Below are positions 1 to 8,558 of a DNA stretch of 64,000 bases, piece by piece; position 1 is the stretch's first letter, and each line of letters starts with the position of its first letter. The stretch comes from Candidatus Omnitrophota bacterium (lineage in GTDB: Bacteria > Omnitrophota > Gorgyraeia > Zapsychrales > Fredricksoniimonadaceae). The notes below the pieces were generated by a model. That model had not been told where the DNA came from and made no database searches. It worked only from the letters and a program-made list of their open reading frames with translations. The DNA is taken from contig JADFYI010000001.1 in the NCBI GenBank assembly GCA_015233145.1, forward strand, positions 79,345-143,344. Direction: 5' to 3'. A program made the translations under genes and the position numbers.

Positions 1-825
1 AAGCCAGGGGCTTTTCAAAAGATCGAGGGTGTTCAAAATATCGACAAGGTGATTGTTGTGGACCAGTCGCCTATCGGCCGCACGCCGAGGTCTAACCCCG
101 CGACATACACAGGTGTTTTTACGGATATCCGTTCGCTTTTTGCCATGCTTCCAGAATCCAAACTGCGGGGGTTTCAGCCCGGCCGCTTCAGCTTTAATGT
201 CAAGGGCGGCCGTTGCGAGGCGTGCCAGGGCGATGGGATCAAGGAAATTGAAATGCATTTTTTGGCGGATGTGCATGTGGAGTGCGAGGTCTGCCACGGC
301 AGGCGTTTTAATGAGCAGACGCTGGGGGTTGAATATAAGGGAAGGAATATCAGCCAGATTCTGGAAAGTTCTGTCCAGGAGGCCTTAAATATTTTTGAAG
401 GCATTCCCAGGGTGCGGCGTGTTTTGGAAGTTTTAAATGATGTTGGTCTGGGGTATATCAAGTTAGGCCAGTCTGCAACAACCCTTTCCGGCGGTGAAGC
501 CCAGCGCGTAAAACTGGCTTCAGAACTTTGCAAGCCTGCCACAGGCAAGACCTTGTATATCTTAGACGAACCTACAACCGGGCTTCATTTCGCGGATGTG
601 GAGAAACTCCTTACAGTGCTTCAACGGCTGGTAGACCGCGGCAATACCGTGCTTGTCATTGAACATAACCTTGAGGTTATAAAGAGCGCGGATTATTTGA
701 TTGACCTGGGGCCTGATGGCGGAGACAAAGGCGGAGAGGTTGTTTTTGCAGGAACGCCGGAGGGCATTGTCAGGCACGCGGGGTCTTACACCGGCAGCTA
801 TCTTAAGCCGTTCCTTTCAAAGTAA
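1..825 (+). CDS. uvrA: Excinuclease ABC subunit A, C-terminal part (5' end outside window)
   Basis: Frame 1 is open from nt 1. The translation has the UvrA C-terminal zinc module (CEACQGDG...CEVCHGRRF), ABC signature LSGGEAQRV, Walker [13 protein letters not shown] and VIEHNL. Confidence 0.95.
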   Translation, partial: KPGAFQKIEGVQNIDKVIVVDQSPIGRTPRSNPATYTGVFTDIRSLFAMLPESKLRGFQPGRFSFNVKGGRCEACQGDGIKEIEMHFLADVHVECEVCHGRRFNEQTLGVEYKGRNISQILESSVQEALNIFEGIPRVRRVLEVLNDVGLGYIKLGQSATTLSGGEAQRVKLASELCKPATGKTLYILDEPTTGLHFADVEKLLTVLQRLVDRGNTVLVIEHNLEVIKSADYLIDLGPDGGDKGGEVVFAGTPEGIVRHAGSYTGSYLKPFLSK

Positions 826-865
826 GTATTTTTTATATTTATATTATATAAATAGGCTATTCTTT

Positions 866-874
866 TGTTATAAT
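866..874 (+). promoter_or_regulatory. Extended -10 element TGtTATAAT placed 7 nt before the ATG at 882 (possible leaderless transcript)
   Basis: TATAAT at 869-874 is preceded by TGt at 866-868. There is no purine-rich SD between it and ATG 882. Confidence 0.3.
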
Positions 875-881
875 TTGCTCT

Positions 882-3380
882 ATGCGAAAGAATATTCTTT
901 ATCACTGTTTTGCTGTTATTTTTGCCACAGCTTTAATTTCTTTTGTCCTTGAGGCGTCTTTTTCACCCGGCGCTTATGCCGCTTCCAATGAAAAAGAGCT
1001 TTTTGTTGTGGCCCAGCGCGCGTTCGAGGACGGGTTTTACGATGTTTCCATCCGTTATGTGACCCAGCTTCTCTCTGAATTCCCCAAAACTGATAAATAT
1101 GTCGAGGCCAGGCTTTTGGAAGGTCAGTGTTATTTCTTTAAGAAGCAATTTTTAAAAGCGTTTACCGTATTTAAAGAAATTTCAGAGAAAGACACTTATA
1201 AAGATGCCAGCCTTTTCTGGCTTGGCGAAACGTATTTGAAAAGCGGCGATTATGACAAGGCGCGGGAGCAGTATGGCAAAGTCATTGAGGCTTTTCCCAA
1301 TTCGCTCTATGCGCCGCAGGCCTATTATTCTTTGGCGTGGAGTTATTTTGAAAAAGCAGATTATGCCCAAGCCAAGAAAGCCTTCCAGCAGCTTATCGAA
1401 AAGTTTCCTTCGAACAATCTTACGGAAGATTCTGCCTTTAAACTGGGGGAATGCGATTATAACGCTGGACAATATGAAGGAGCTATTTTTCAATTTAACA
1501 AATATCTTCAAGGGTTTTCCAATTCGCAAAGAGCCTTTGATGCGACGTTTAACATTGCAGAATCTTACTACTACCTTGAACAGTATGAGCAGGCTGTTAA
1601 TTTCTACAAAAAGTCCAAAGAGTTGACAAAAATCCCTAAAAATATTTTAAGCGCCGTCATTGGCCAGGGGTGGGGCCTGATCAAGCTGGCCAAATACGAG
1701 GATGCGTTAAAGGCTTTTACTGAAGCCGGGGATGTGGCCAAGGCCAATAAATTGGAAGAAGAAGACATTCTTTTGGGGAAGGCCAGCCTTTATGCCGCGG
1801 AAGAAAAGTTTTCCGACTCCATTGCCAGTTACACCGAGCTTGTGACGCGGTTCCCGGAGAGCCCGCGCGCTATTGAGAGTTATTTGGGCCGGGCCAATAC
1901 CTATTATCATCAGAACGACTATGCGAAAGCCATTGCTGATTATAAAAAAATTATTGAGCTTTTTGGCGCGAATGCCCAGTATCAAAAGACTGTTGAAAAG
2001 GCCCAGTTTGGCCTTGCCTGGACTTATTTGAAGTCAGGCGCCATTGACCAGTCCATTGACAGTTTTAAGGGCGTTCTCGAGAAGGCCGACAGCAAGATTG
2101 TTAAAGTGAGCGCCCTGACGCAAATCGCAGACGCCTATCAGGAAGCCGGCCAGCTCGACAAAGCTGTGACGACGTATGACCGCATTCTCAAGGAATTTTC
2201 AGATACGCCTTATACGGATTATGTGCAGTATCGTCTGGGGGTGGTGCTTCTGAAGACCGGCAAGCTGGATCCCGCAATCATGGCTTTCCAGGCACTGCAG
2301 TCTAATTTTTCCAAAAGCAAGTTTATCCTCGAATCCAATTATTACCTGGGAGTCGCGTATTTTAAGAAACATGACTGGGCAACGGTTGTCCAGATTATCG
2401 AGCCTTTTGTAAAGACCGTGAGCGTGGATAACGAGTTTGCTTCGGAAGCCCGTTATATGCTGGGGCTTTCTTATTTTAATCTGAAGCAGTTTGACAAGGC
2501 CGGGGCTGTTTTTAATGAGATTATTAAATTATTCGGGAATCAGGAAGCCGTGGTGTTAAACGCCAGGCTTGGGATTGCCAAAATTGCCTATGAACAGGGG
2601 AATACCAAAGACGCATTAGCGGCTTTTAGCGAGATTGTTTTTCGTTCGCCCAAAAGTGACGCGGCCCTCGAGTCGCTCCTCTGGCAGGGGCAGCACGCGA
2701 TGGCCACAGGCCTTTATCAGAGGGCCCTGGAATATTATTCGCAAATTTTAAATGGTTTCCCTGATACGGATAAGAAGTATCTTGTTCATTTTGAACTCGG
2801 CCGGGCGTATCACGCCCAGGGGCTTCTGGACAAAGCTTTGGAGCATTACCGTTTGGTGGATGCCGGGGCTGATCCTGATCTGGTGACCAAGGCCAAGCTC
2901 GCGATTGCCGATATTTTCTCGAGGGAGCTTGACCCGTCAAAGGCTGTTGAAACGTATCAGAATATTATTACCAACAGCCCGGAATTCAAGCGGGATGCTT
3001 TTATGAAAATTGCCCAGATTTACCGTAAGGATAAACAATATAAAGAAGAGCTTCAGGCTTATGAGAATGCGCTTCAAGCTCCCAAAGGTTCCGGTGGAAT
3101 CACCAATGCCGAAATCCAGTTTGCCATCGGAGATACTTACGAAATTACCAATGATATTGATAAGGCGATTGAGGCCTATTTTAAAATTCCCTACCTTTAC
3201 GAAAAGGAACGGCCGTGGGTCGTGAAGGCTTATTTCCGTATCGGCAAGCTTTATGAAAATAAAGAGGATTGGGACAAAGCGGTCACAGCGTATCAAAAGA
3301 TTGTCGAATATAACGTGGAAGAGTCCAAAGTCGCCCAGGAACGGATTCTTTCCATTCAGGACGCGTTAAAGAAGAAATAA
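882..3380 (+). CDS. Large TPR-repeat protein with N-terminal signal peptide (YbgF/CpoB-like repeats)
   Basis: 832-aa ORF. The N-terminus MRKNILYHCFAVIFATALISFVLEASFSPGAYA looks like a signal peptide. It contains many 34-aa A/Y/F-rich repeats (e.g. YAPQAYYSLAWSYFEKADYAQAKKAF). Confidence 0.8.
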   Translation: MRKNILYHCFAVIFATALISFVLEASFSPGAYAASNEKELFVVAQRAFEDGFYDVSIRYVTQLLSEFPKTDKYVEARLLEGQCYFFKKQFLKAFTVFKEISEKDTYKDASLFWLGETYLKSGDYDKAREQYGKVIEAFPNSLYAPQAYYSLAWSYFEKADYAQAKKAFQQLIEKFPSNNLTEDSAFKLGECDYNAGQYEGAIFQFNKYLQGFSNSQRAFDATFNIAESYYYLEQYEQAVNFYKKSKELTKIPKNILSAVIGQGWGLIKLAKYEDALKAFTEAGDVAKANKLEEEDILLGKASLYAAEEKFSDSIASYTELVTRFPESPRAIESYLGRANTYYHQNDYAKAIADYKKIIELFGANAQYQKTVEKAQFGLAWTYLKSGAIDQSIDSFKGVLEKADSKIVKVSALTQIADAYQEAGQLDKAVTTYDRILKEFSDTPYTDYVQYRLGVVLLKTGKLDPAIMAFQALQSNFSKSKFILESNYYLGVAYFKKHDWATVVQIIEPFVKTVSVDNEFASEARYMLGLSYFNLKQFDKAGAVFNEIIKLFGNQEAVVLNARLGIAKIAYEQGNTKDALAAFSEIVFRSPKSDAALESLLWQGQHAMATGLYQRALEYYSQILNGFPDTDKKYLVHFELGRAYHAQGLLDKALEHYRLVDAGADPDLVTKAKLAIADIFSRELDPSKAVETYQNIITNSPEFKRDAFMKIAQIYRKDKQYKEELQAYENALQAPKGSGGITNAEIQFAIGDTYEITNDIDKAIEAYFKIPYLYEKERPWVVKAYFRIGKLYENKEDWDKAVTAYQKIVEYNVEESKVAQERILSIQDALKKK

Positions 3381-3393
3381 TTGTTGGCAAAGT

Positions 3394-4038
3394 ATGGCAA
3401 CGACACTGGTTCAAATTACCCCCTGGAAGCTGATGATTTTAGGGGGCCCTATGATGGCGCCGATCCTTTTGTGTTCAGTATTGGCATTGGCCATGGTTAT
3501 TGAAAAGTTTCGTTATTTCACTTTTATTAATATCGACGCGGAAGCATTAAAAAGCAATATTTTTACAGCCATCCGCGATAATAATATCAAGGCCGCGCTG
3601 GGTGCTTGTGATGCGCATGATGTTCCGCTGGCCAGGGTGTTAAAAGCCGGGCTTTTACAGTACGGCAAGAGCCGGGAAGAGATTATACGGGCCATGGAAG
3701 AGGCCGGGGGTCTTGAAGTCCCGGAGCTTGAGAGGTTTCTTTTGCCGTTATTTATCATCGGCAATGTTGTTCCTTTTTTAGGACTTTTAGGGACGCTCCT
3801 GGGTTTGGGCAGTTCTTTTTATACGATTCATACTCGCGCCGTGGCTTTGAATCCTGCGGTATTCTCAGATCTGAGCTTCGGGGTGTGGGCAGCCTTTATT
3901 ACGACAGTCGCTGCTTTTCTCATCGCAGTCCCGGTATTTATTATTTATCAATACTGTATAAGCCGCGTGGAATATTATATACTTCAGATAGAGGCCGCAG
4001 GCCCGGATCTGGCAGATTTTTTGACACATACGGCGTAA
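3394..4038 (+). CDS. MotA/TolQ/ExbB family proton-channel protein
   Basis: 214 aa with three predicted TM segments. Conserved C-terminal region LGLLGTLLGLGSSF...AFITTVAAFLIAVPVFIIY. An ExbD/TolR gene follows. Confidence 0.8.
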   Translation: MATTLVQITPWKLMILGGPMMAPILLCSVLALAMVIEKFRYFTFINIDAEALKSNIFTAIRDNNIKAALGACDAHDVPLARVLKAGLLQYGKSREEIIRAMEEAGGLEVPELERFLLPLFIIGNVVPFLGLLGTLLGLGSSFYTIHTRAVALNPAVFSDLSFGVWAAFITTVAAFLIAVPVFIIYQYCISRVEYYILQIEAAGPDLADFLTHTA

Positions 4039-4063
4039 CGATGAAAAGGAGCTTTTTAAGAAC

Positions 4064-4465
4064 GTGCGGATCCAAAGAACTTACAGGCCTCTGAACGGCA
4101 TAAGGATGTTGTGGGCGCTGTTGGCGAATGTTATTGTTCTTTCACTGGCCTTTGTCATGTTGGGCTTTTATTTTACCCGGCCGGTGCCGTTTGGCATCAA
4201 GTTTACCAAGGCGGTCACAAGCGATGCCTTCAGCTCCGGCAATGTGGTTGTTGTTGTGACCAGTGAAAATGTTTTTTATGTTGCAGGCCATGTGACAACC
4301 CTGGCAGAGCTTAAGGAAATGCTGTCGGGGGCTGGCGGAGCTAAAAGGCAGATGTTGATTAAAGCTGACCGGCGTTCATCGCTGGGGCGGATTGTTGAGC
4401 TTATGAATCTGGCGCGAGGGTTGGGTGTTGAAAAGATTAACATTGCCACGGACCGTGAAGAGTAG
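4064..4465 (+). CDS. ExbD/TolR family biopolymer transport protein
   Basis: 133 aa with a single N-terminal TM (LWALLANVIVLSLAFVMLGFYF). C-terminal motif LIKADRRSSLGRIVELMNLARGLGVEKINIAT is typical of ExbD/TolR. GTG start. Confidence 0.8.
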   Translation: MRIQRTYRPLNGIRMLWALLANVIVLSLAFVMLGFYFTRPVPFGIKFTKAVTSDAFSSGNVVVVVTSENVFYVAGHVTTLAELKEMLSGAGGAKRQMLIKADRRSSLGRIVELMNLARGLGVEKINIATDREE

Positions 4466-4901
4466 TTTTGGGTTTGAGAGTTTTTGCCGGGCTTTATTGC
4501 TGGCCGCGGCAATCCATTGTGTGATGTTGGATTGCGTTGCGTTGACTTTTCGGGGTGTTCGTGAGGATTATCGGATAGATTTTTCTTTTTGGGGGAGTAT
4601 TTTAAGGAAAGACGAACTGGCTGTTTGGCGGACGCGCGATGAGGGCGCTGTGGGATTTGATGATGGCTTGCTTTTTGAAAAAAGTAAAAAGCCTTTTGAA
4701 CAGGCCTGGGATCATGGGGTTGTGGTTGACAAGCCCGAAGACACTGGCATTGTTTCCAGTGTTACGGAAGGGCCGCTGCCGCCCAAGTTTTCAGGTCCAA
4801 GGGCGTCTCTTGCCGAGGAGAAATCACCGCCTTTATCAGGGGCAGACAGCGATTTTCCTGCGGCTCCTAACATTCGCCTGAGGCTGCCGAGCCATGATTA
4901 A
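4425..4901 (+). CDS. Hypothetical TonB/TolA-like membrane-anchor protein (no recognisable C-terminal TonB domain)
   Basis: 158-aa ORF overlapping both neighbours. Hydrophobic N-terminal segment FCRALLLAAAIHCVMLDCVAL, then an acidic/Pro-containing tail. Position after ExbB-ExbD matches TonB/TolA. The start codon (GTG 4425) is uncertain. Confidence 0.35.
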   Translation: MLKRLTLPRTVKSSFGFESFCRALLLAAAIHCVMLDCVALTFRGVREDYRIDFSFWGSILRKDELAVWRTRDEGAVGFDDGLLFEKSKKPFEQAWDHGVVVDKPEDTGIVSSVTEGPLPPKFSGPRASLAEEKSPPLSGADSDFPAAPNIRLRLPSHD

Positions 4902-5133
4902 AGTGGGGTTGACGGAAAGTGTGGCGTTGTTTTTCTTGATTATTATCATGGGGGTATTTTTTTTATGGTTTTGGGGCGGCCGGTCAAAAAGAGGGCGCCG
5001 GGCATTACGGGATGATTTTCAGAAAACAGAAATCACCTTAAGGTGTCCTTATTGCGGAAATGTTTTTTTTAATTTAAAGAAAATGGAAATTGTTCAATGC
5101 CCTGTGTGTCATAATTTTGTAGAGGAGGATTAG
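4894..5133 (+). CDS. Small membrane protein with C-terminal zinc ribbon
   Basis: 79 aa with TM segment VALFFLIIIMGVFFLWFW, followed by CPYCGN-x16-CPVCHN. The ATG overlaps the upstream stop, and the stop lies 3 nt before the next gene. Confidence 0.5.
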   Translation: MIKVGLTESVALFFLIIIMGVFFLWFWGGRSKRGRRALRDDFQKTEITLRCPYCGNVFFNLKKMEIVQCPVCHNFVEED

Positions 5134-5136
5134 TTT

Positions 5137-5568
5137 ATGATGAGAAATTTGAGAAATAAATCCGGTATGGTGATGATGCTTGTGATCGCGGTGGTCATTA
5201 CAATGTCTTTGCTTGTGATTGGCCTGATGAGCCGCAACATTTCCCGTTCGCTAACAGTGGAAAATCAGGTGCAGGAAGTGGATGCTGATACTGTTGCTAA
5301 AGGCGCATTTTGGAAGGCTTATACAAAAATTTCTAAAGAAGTAGCCGCTGGAGCTACGCCAGAATCGGTTTGCTGCCTTCAGGGCGCAGGGTGCGCTAAC
5401 GGCGTTCCTGCTCCGAATCCAAATCCTGTTGTTGTCAGTACAACTACCGGCACGCGTAGTTATACTGTCACGTACATTCTTTGTGCTTTGGGTCAGCCTG
5501 GTTGTGTTAATAATAACGTGGGCGCGACAGCCATGCCGTGCAGGATTGATGTCAGGGTCGACTATTAG
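5137..5568 (+). CDS. PilX-N-like pilus-associated protein (Cys-rich, no prepilin cleavage motif)
   Basis: 143 aa. The N-terminus MMRNLRNKSGMVMMLVIAVVITMSLLVIGLMSR resembles the PilX N-terminal hydrophobic segment. GAGGAGG sits 9 nt upstream. The C-terminal part has several Cys. Confidence 0.4.
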   Translation: MMRNLRNKSGMVMMLVIAVVITMSLLVIGLMSRNISRSLTVENQVQEVDADTVAKGAFWKAYTKISKEVAAGATPESVCCLQGAGCANGVPAPNPNPVVVSTTTGTRSYTVTYILCALGQPGCVNNNVGATAMPCRIDVRVDY

Positions 5569-5597
5569 GTCGCGCCTTAAAATTTTTCTGAATTCTT

Positions 5598-5626
5598 TTG
5601 ACATTTCCTCTCTATAACTGTTTAAT
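5598..5626 (+). promoter_or_regulatory. Putative sigma70-type promoter for the pilM operon
   Basis: TTGACA (5598-5603), 17-nt spacer, TTTAAT (5621-5626), within the 155-nt AT-rich gap before pilM. Confidence 0.35.
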
Positions 5627-5723
5627 AGATATATATTTACATTAGAGAAAGTCAGCAGACTTTCTTTTCCTTGCTTATGAATCGTCCAAAGCAAGGCAAC
5701 AAGCATGACATTTAAAAAACTCT

Positions 5724-7295
5724 ATGGCAGGAACCAATAAATTAGGGGTTTACTGGGGGGTCGACGGCATCAGCCTTGTCGAGGTTGCCAAATCCGTGCC
5801 GCTTGAAACTGCCTATGTTTCTTTTGATGAGCTTCAGATCGGAAACCTGACCAATACTGTTACCGAGGATGTCCGCCTTTTAGAGCTTTTGCAAAAGGCT
5901 GTGAGGAACAAAGGTTTTTCAACAACCGAAGCGTATCTTTCCCTTCCTTCCCGCGATATCATTGTCCGCTGGTTTCTTATTCCATGGCTCAAGCCTCACG
6001 AGGTTCAGGGCGTTGTTGCGTTTGAAGCCAGGAAATATATCCCGTTCCAGCTGGAAGAACTCATTTACACCTATTATCCCTCCACGATTTTAAGGGGCGG
6101 CGTTAAACAGATTGGCGTCCTTTTTACAGCGATCCGCAAAGACAGTTACAAAAAATACGTTAATGTCCTTTCCCAATCAGGCATGAATGTTGTTTACAGC
6201 GAGCCTTCGTGCATGAGCTTTTTGCGCACGCTTTTTACCAAGAAAGTTTTAGACGCCAATCAGGTGGCTGCAGTCCTGACCATGGATCAGGATGGCGGAG
6301 AGCTGAATATTGTGTCTGACGGGTTTGTCAAGTTTATCCGTGATTTCAGGCTCTCAACGCCGCAGTCGGCTGATAATGACGGCGGCGAAGAGGTTTTACG
6401 CGCCAAGCTTTACAATGAAGTCCGTATTTCCTTTGATTTTTTTAACCGCCAGCATCCGGAAACCGAAGTGTCGCGCATCATTTCTTTCACATCATCCATG
6501 AATAAAACCCTTTGCGCGGGCTTGAGCGATGATCTGGGAATTCCTGTCCTGCCGGTTGATACCGTAAGCTTGCTGGACCGCGCCGGGATTACAGACATGG
6601 GGGCAGCCAATGCTTTTGGTGTTGCCTTATCCGGCAGCGTCCGGGAGGTGATTGATCTTAATTTGTCAGAAGGGGATGCTTCTTGCGCTGTGTCGGCCAA
6701 GGATGAAAAGAAAACTATCAAAATTCCTTCGTTCATGTTTCCTGTGATAGCAGGGGTTTTTCTGGTTTTTGTGCTGGGCTTTATTTGGACCGTGACAAGC
6801 GCGCTTCTCCTTGAAAAAGGAAAAAAGGTGGCGGCATTAAATAACAGCCTTGGAAAATTCAGCGATGTCTCTCTTGATGACATTGAGTTTAAAAGAAGCG
6901 CAGAACGTAAAGTTTTAAATGCCATTAATAGTTTGGAACTACGCTCTTCTGTGACCCCGCTTGTGGTGAGGGTTTTTCAGCTTATTCCTAATGGCATGTG
7001 GCTGTCGACTGTGAATGTTATGTATGTGCAGTCTGACGCTGGTTCGAAGAAAAATGCTGATGATAGCGCTTCGCAGGACAGCGGAAAAACGAAGTCATCT
7101 GTTAATTTGCTGCTGACAGGAAAAATTTATTTGGGTGACGGCAATTCAGAATTTGACGCGGTCAACCGCTTTATTATGACGTTGCGAACAGATGCGAAAG
7201 TGGCGGCTTTTTTAAAAGATATTAAATTAACGAGTTTAAAAACAGAGACTTTAGGTAAAAATACAGTCACAGTTTTTAGTATCAATTGTCAGTGA
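5724..7295 (+). CDS. pilM: Type IV pilus assembly protein PilM fused to a PilN-like TM/periplasmic module
   Basis: 523 aa. The N-terminal ~330 aa is an actin-like PilM region (GVYWGVDGISLVEV...). An internal TM, FMFPVIAGVFLVFVLGFIWTV, lies near residue 340 and is followed by ~165 aa of PilN-like periplasmic region. Confidence 0.7.
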   Translation: MAGTNKLGVYWGVDGISLVEVAKSVPLETAYVSFDELQIGNLTNTVTEDVRLLELLQKAVRNKGFSTTEAYLSLPSRDIIVRWFLIPWLKPHEVQGVVAFEARKYIPFQLEELIYTYYPSTILRGGVKQIGVLFTAIRKDSYKKYVNVLSQSGMNVVYSEPSCMSFLRTLFTKKVLDANQVAAVLTMDQDGGELNIVSDGFVKFIRDFRLSTPQSADNDGGEEVLRAKLYNEVRISFDFFNRQHPETEVSRIISFTSSMNKTLCAGLSDDLGIPVLPVDTVSLLDRAGITDMGAANAFGVALSGSVREVIDLNLSEGDASCAVSAKDEKKTIKIPSFMFPVIAGVFLVFVLGFIWTVTSALLLEKGKKVAALNNSLGKFSDVSLDDIEFKRSAERKVLNAINSLELRSSVTPLVVRVFQLIPNGMWLSTVNVMYVQSDAGSKKNADDSASQDSGKTKSSVNLLLTGKIYLGDGNSEFDAVNRFIMTLRTDAKVAAFLKDIKLTSLKTETLGKNTVTVFSINCQ

Positions 7296-7302
7296 GAAAA
7301 AC

Positions 7303-7968
7303 ATGGAATTCCCGGATTTAAAAAATTTTAATCCCAACTCTATCAAGGGCTTTGATCCGGCCGCGATCAAGAAGCTCAAGTCTGAGGATGTCCGTGAATT
7401 TCTCATGGCCAGAAAGTTTGAATTTTTGGCTGCTATTTTTGTTTTGATTACGGTTTTTGCAGGTTTTTATATTTTTTCGAATAATATGGCGCAGGTTAAG
7501 GATTTGGATAACAAGATCCAGGCCTTACAAGCCAAGCAGGAGCCCATCGAGAAGTATAAGAAAACCCTTCAGGAAAAGGAAAAGGCTTTTCAGGCATTGC
7601 CGCCGTCATTAAACGAGTCGAGTTTTATTACACAGATTACCGAAATCGCAAGAAAGCGCCATGTCCGGATTTCTTCGTTTTCTCCGCCAGAGGTTGTTAA
7701 AATGCCGTTATCCAGTAAAGCAACTGTCAGGATTTCCTGTCTGGCTCCGAGCTTTAAAGAGGCTATTTATTTCTTAAATGATATTGAAAAATCAAAGTTT
7801 GCCATGAGAGTTGAGTCGTGGGCTGGAAAGCCCGGAGATTCTGAACAGGTCCAAAATTTTACAGATACAGAGAGTGGAAATGAAGCTGATGGCCTTGTCG
7901 GTAAAGGATTTATGATGGATCTTGTAATATCTTCCATTGAGGTGTTTTCCAGTGCAAAAAAGAACTAA
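7303..7968 (+). CDS. PilO-like pilus assembly protein
   Basis: 221 aa. TM FEFLAAIFVLITVFAGFYIF, a coiled-coil stretch (VKDLDNKIQALQAKQEPIEKYKKTLQEKEK), then a small alpha/beta domain. It sits between pilM/N and the secretin. Confidence 0.5.
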   Translation: MEFPDLKNFNPNSIKGFDPAAIKKLKSEDVREFLMARKFEFLAAIFVLITVFAGFYIFSNNMAQVKDLDNKIQALQAKQEPIEKYKKTLQEKEKAFQALPPSLNESSFITQITEIARKRHVRISSFSPPEVVKMPLSSKATVRISCLAPSFKEAIYFLNDIEKSKFAMRVESWAGKPGDSEQVQNFTDTESGNEADGLVGKGFMMDLVISSIEVFSSAKKN

Positions 7969-8551
7969 AAAATTTATATATATTTTAAGTATATTTTTTT
8001 ATTCTGTTCTTATAACATCATTTTTTATAGGAGTGACACGAGCTGACGATGATACGGCGGCTGGGCCTGTGGATGATATTGAGGCTGCGATTTCGTCATT
8101 GATCAATCCTTTTTTGGCTAAAACACCTATTGAAAAGCCGTTGCCAAGGCCGATTGTTGTTCCGCCTACTGTTGAGCCTTCACCGGTTCCACCGGCTGTG
8201 CCGATTATTGAGCCAGAGCCGCCCCCGATTCCTGTCATGCCTCCTGTTATTGGTCCTGGGGATATCGGAGACTCCACAGGCAGGGGTGATACAGGGGCGT
8301 CTGCGGTAAAAGTGACCGGGATTATTTATAATTCAAAGCGTCCCCAGGCGATTATTAACGGCCAGCTGGTTGATGTGGGGCAAACATTTGGAGATCAGGG
8401 CAAAATGAAACTTTTAGCTGTTGAAAAAGGCAGTATTAAATTTCTTTCTAGAGGGCAAGAGCATACCCAGACATTAAATCAAGGCAATGGCCAGGGGAAG
8501 TCGGAAAATCTTTTGGCCACTGGCATCTATCAACCAACAGGTTCCCGGTAA
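7937..8551 (+). CDS. Proline-rich PilP/GspC-like periplasmic protein
   Basis: Signal/anchor FIYILSIFFYSVLITSFFIGV, a Pro-rich linker (PRPIVVPPTVEPSPVPPAVPIIEPEPPPIPVMPP), and a C-terminal beta domain VKVTGIIYNSKRPQAIINGQLVDVGQTF. An alternative GTG start at 7952 is likely. Confidence 0.4.
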   Translation: MRCFPVQKRTKKFIYILSIFFYSVLITSFFIGVTRADDDTAAGPVDDIEAAISSLINPFLAKTPIEKPLPRPIVVPPTVEPSPVPPAVPIIEPEPPPIPVMPPVIGPGDIGDSTGRGDTGASAVKVTGIIYNSKRPQAIINGQLVDVGQTFGDQGKMKLLAVEKGSIKFLSRGQEHTQTLNQGNGQGKSENLLATGIYQPTGSR

Positions 8552-8558
8552 TACACTT

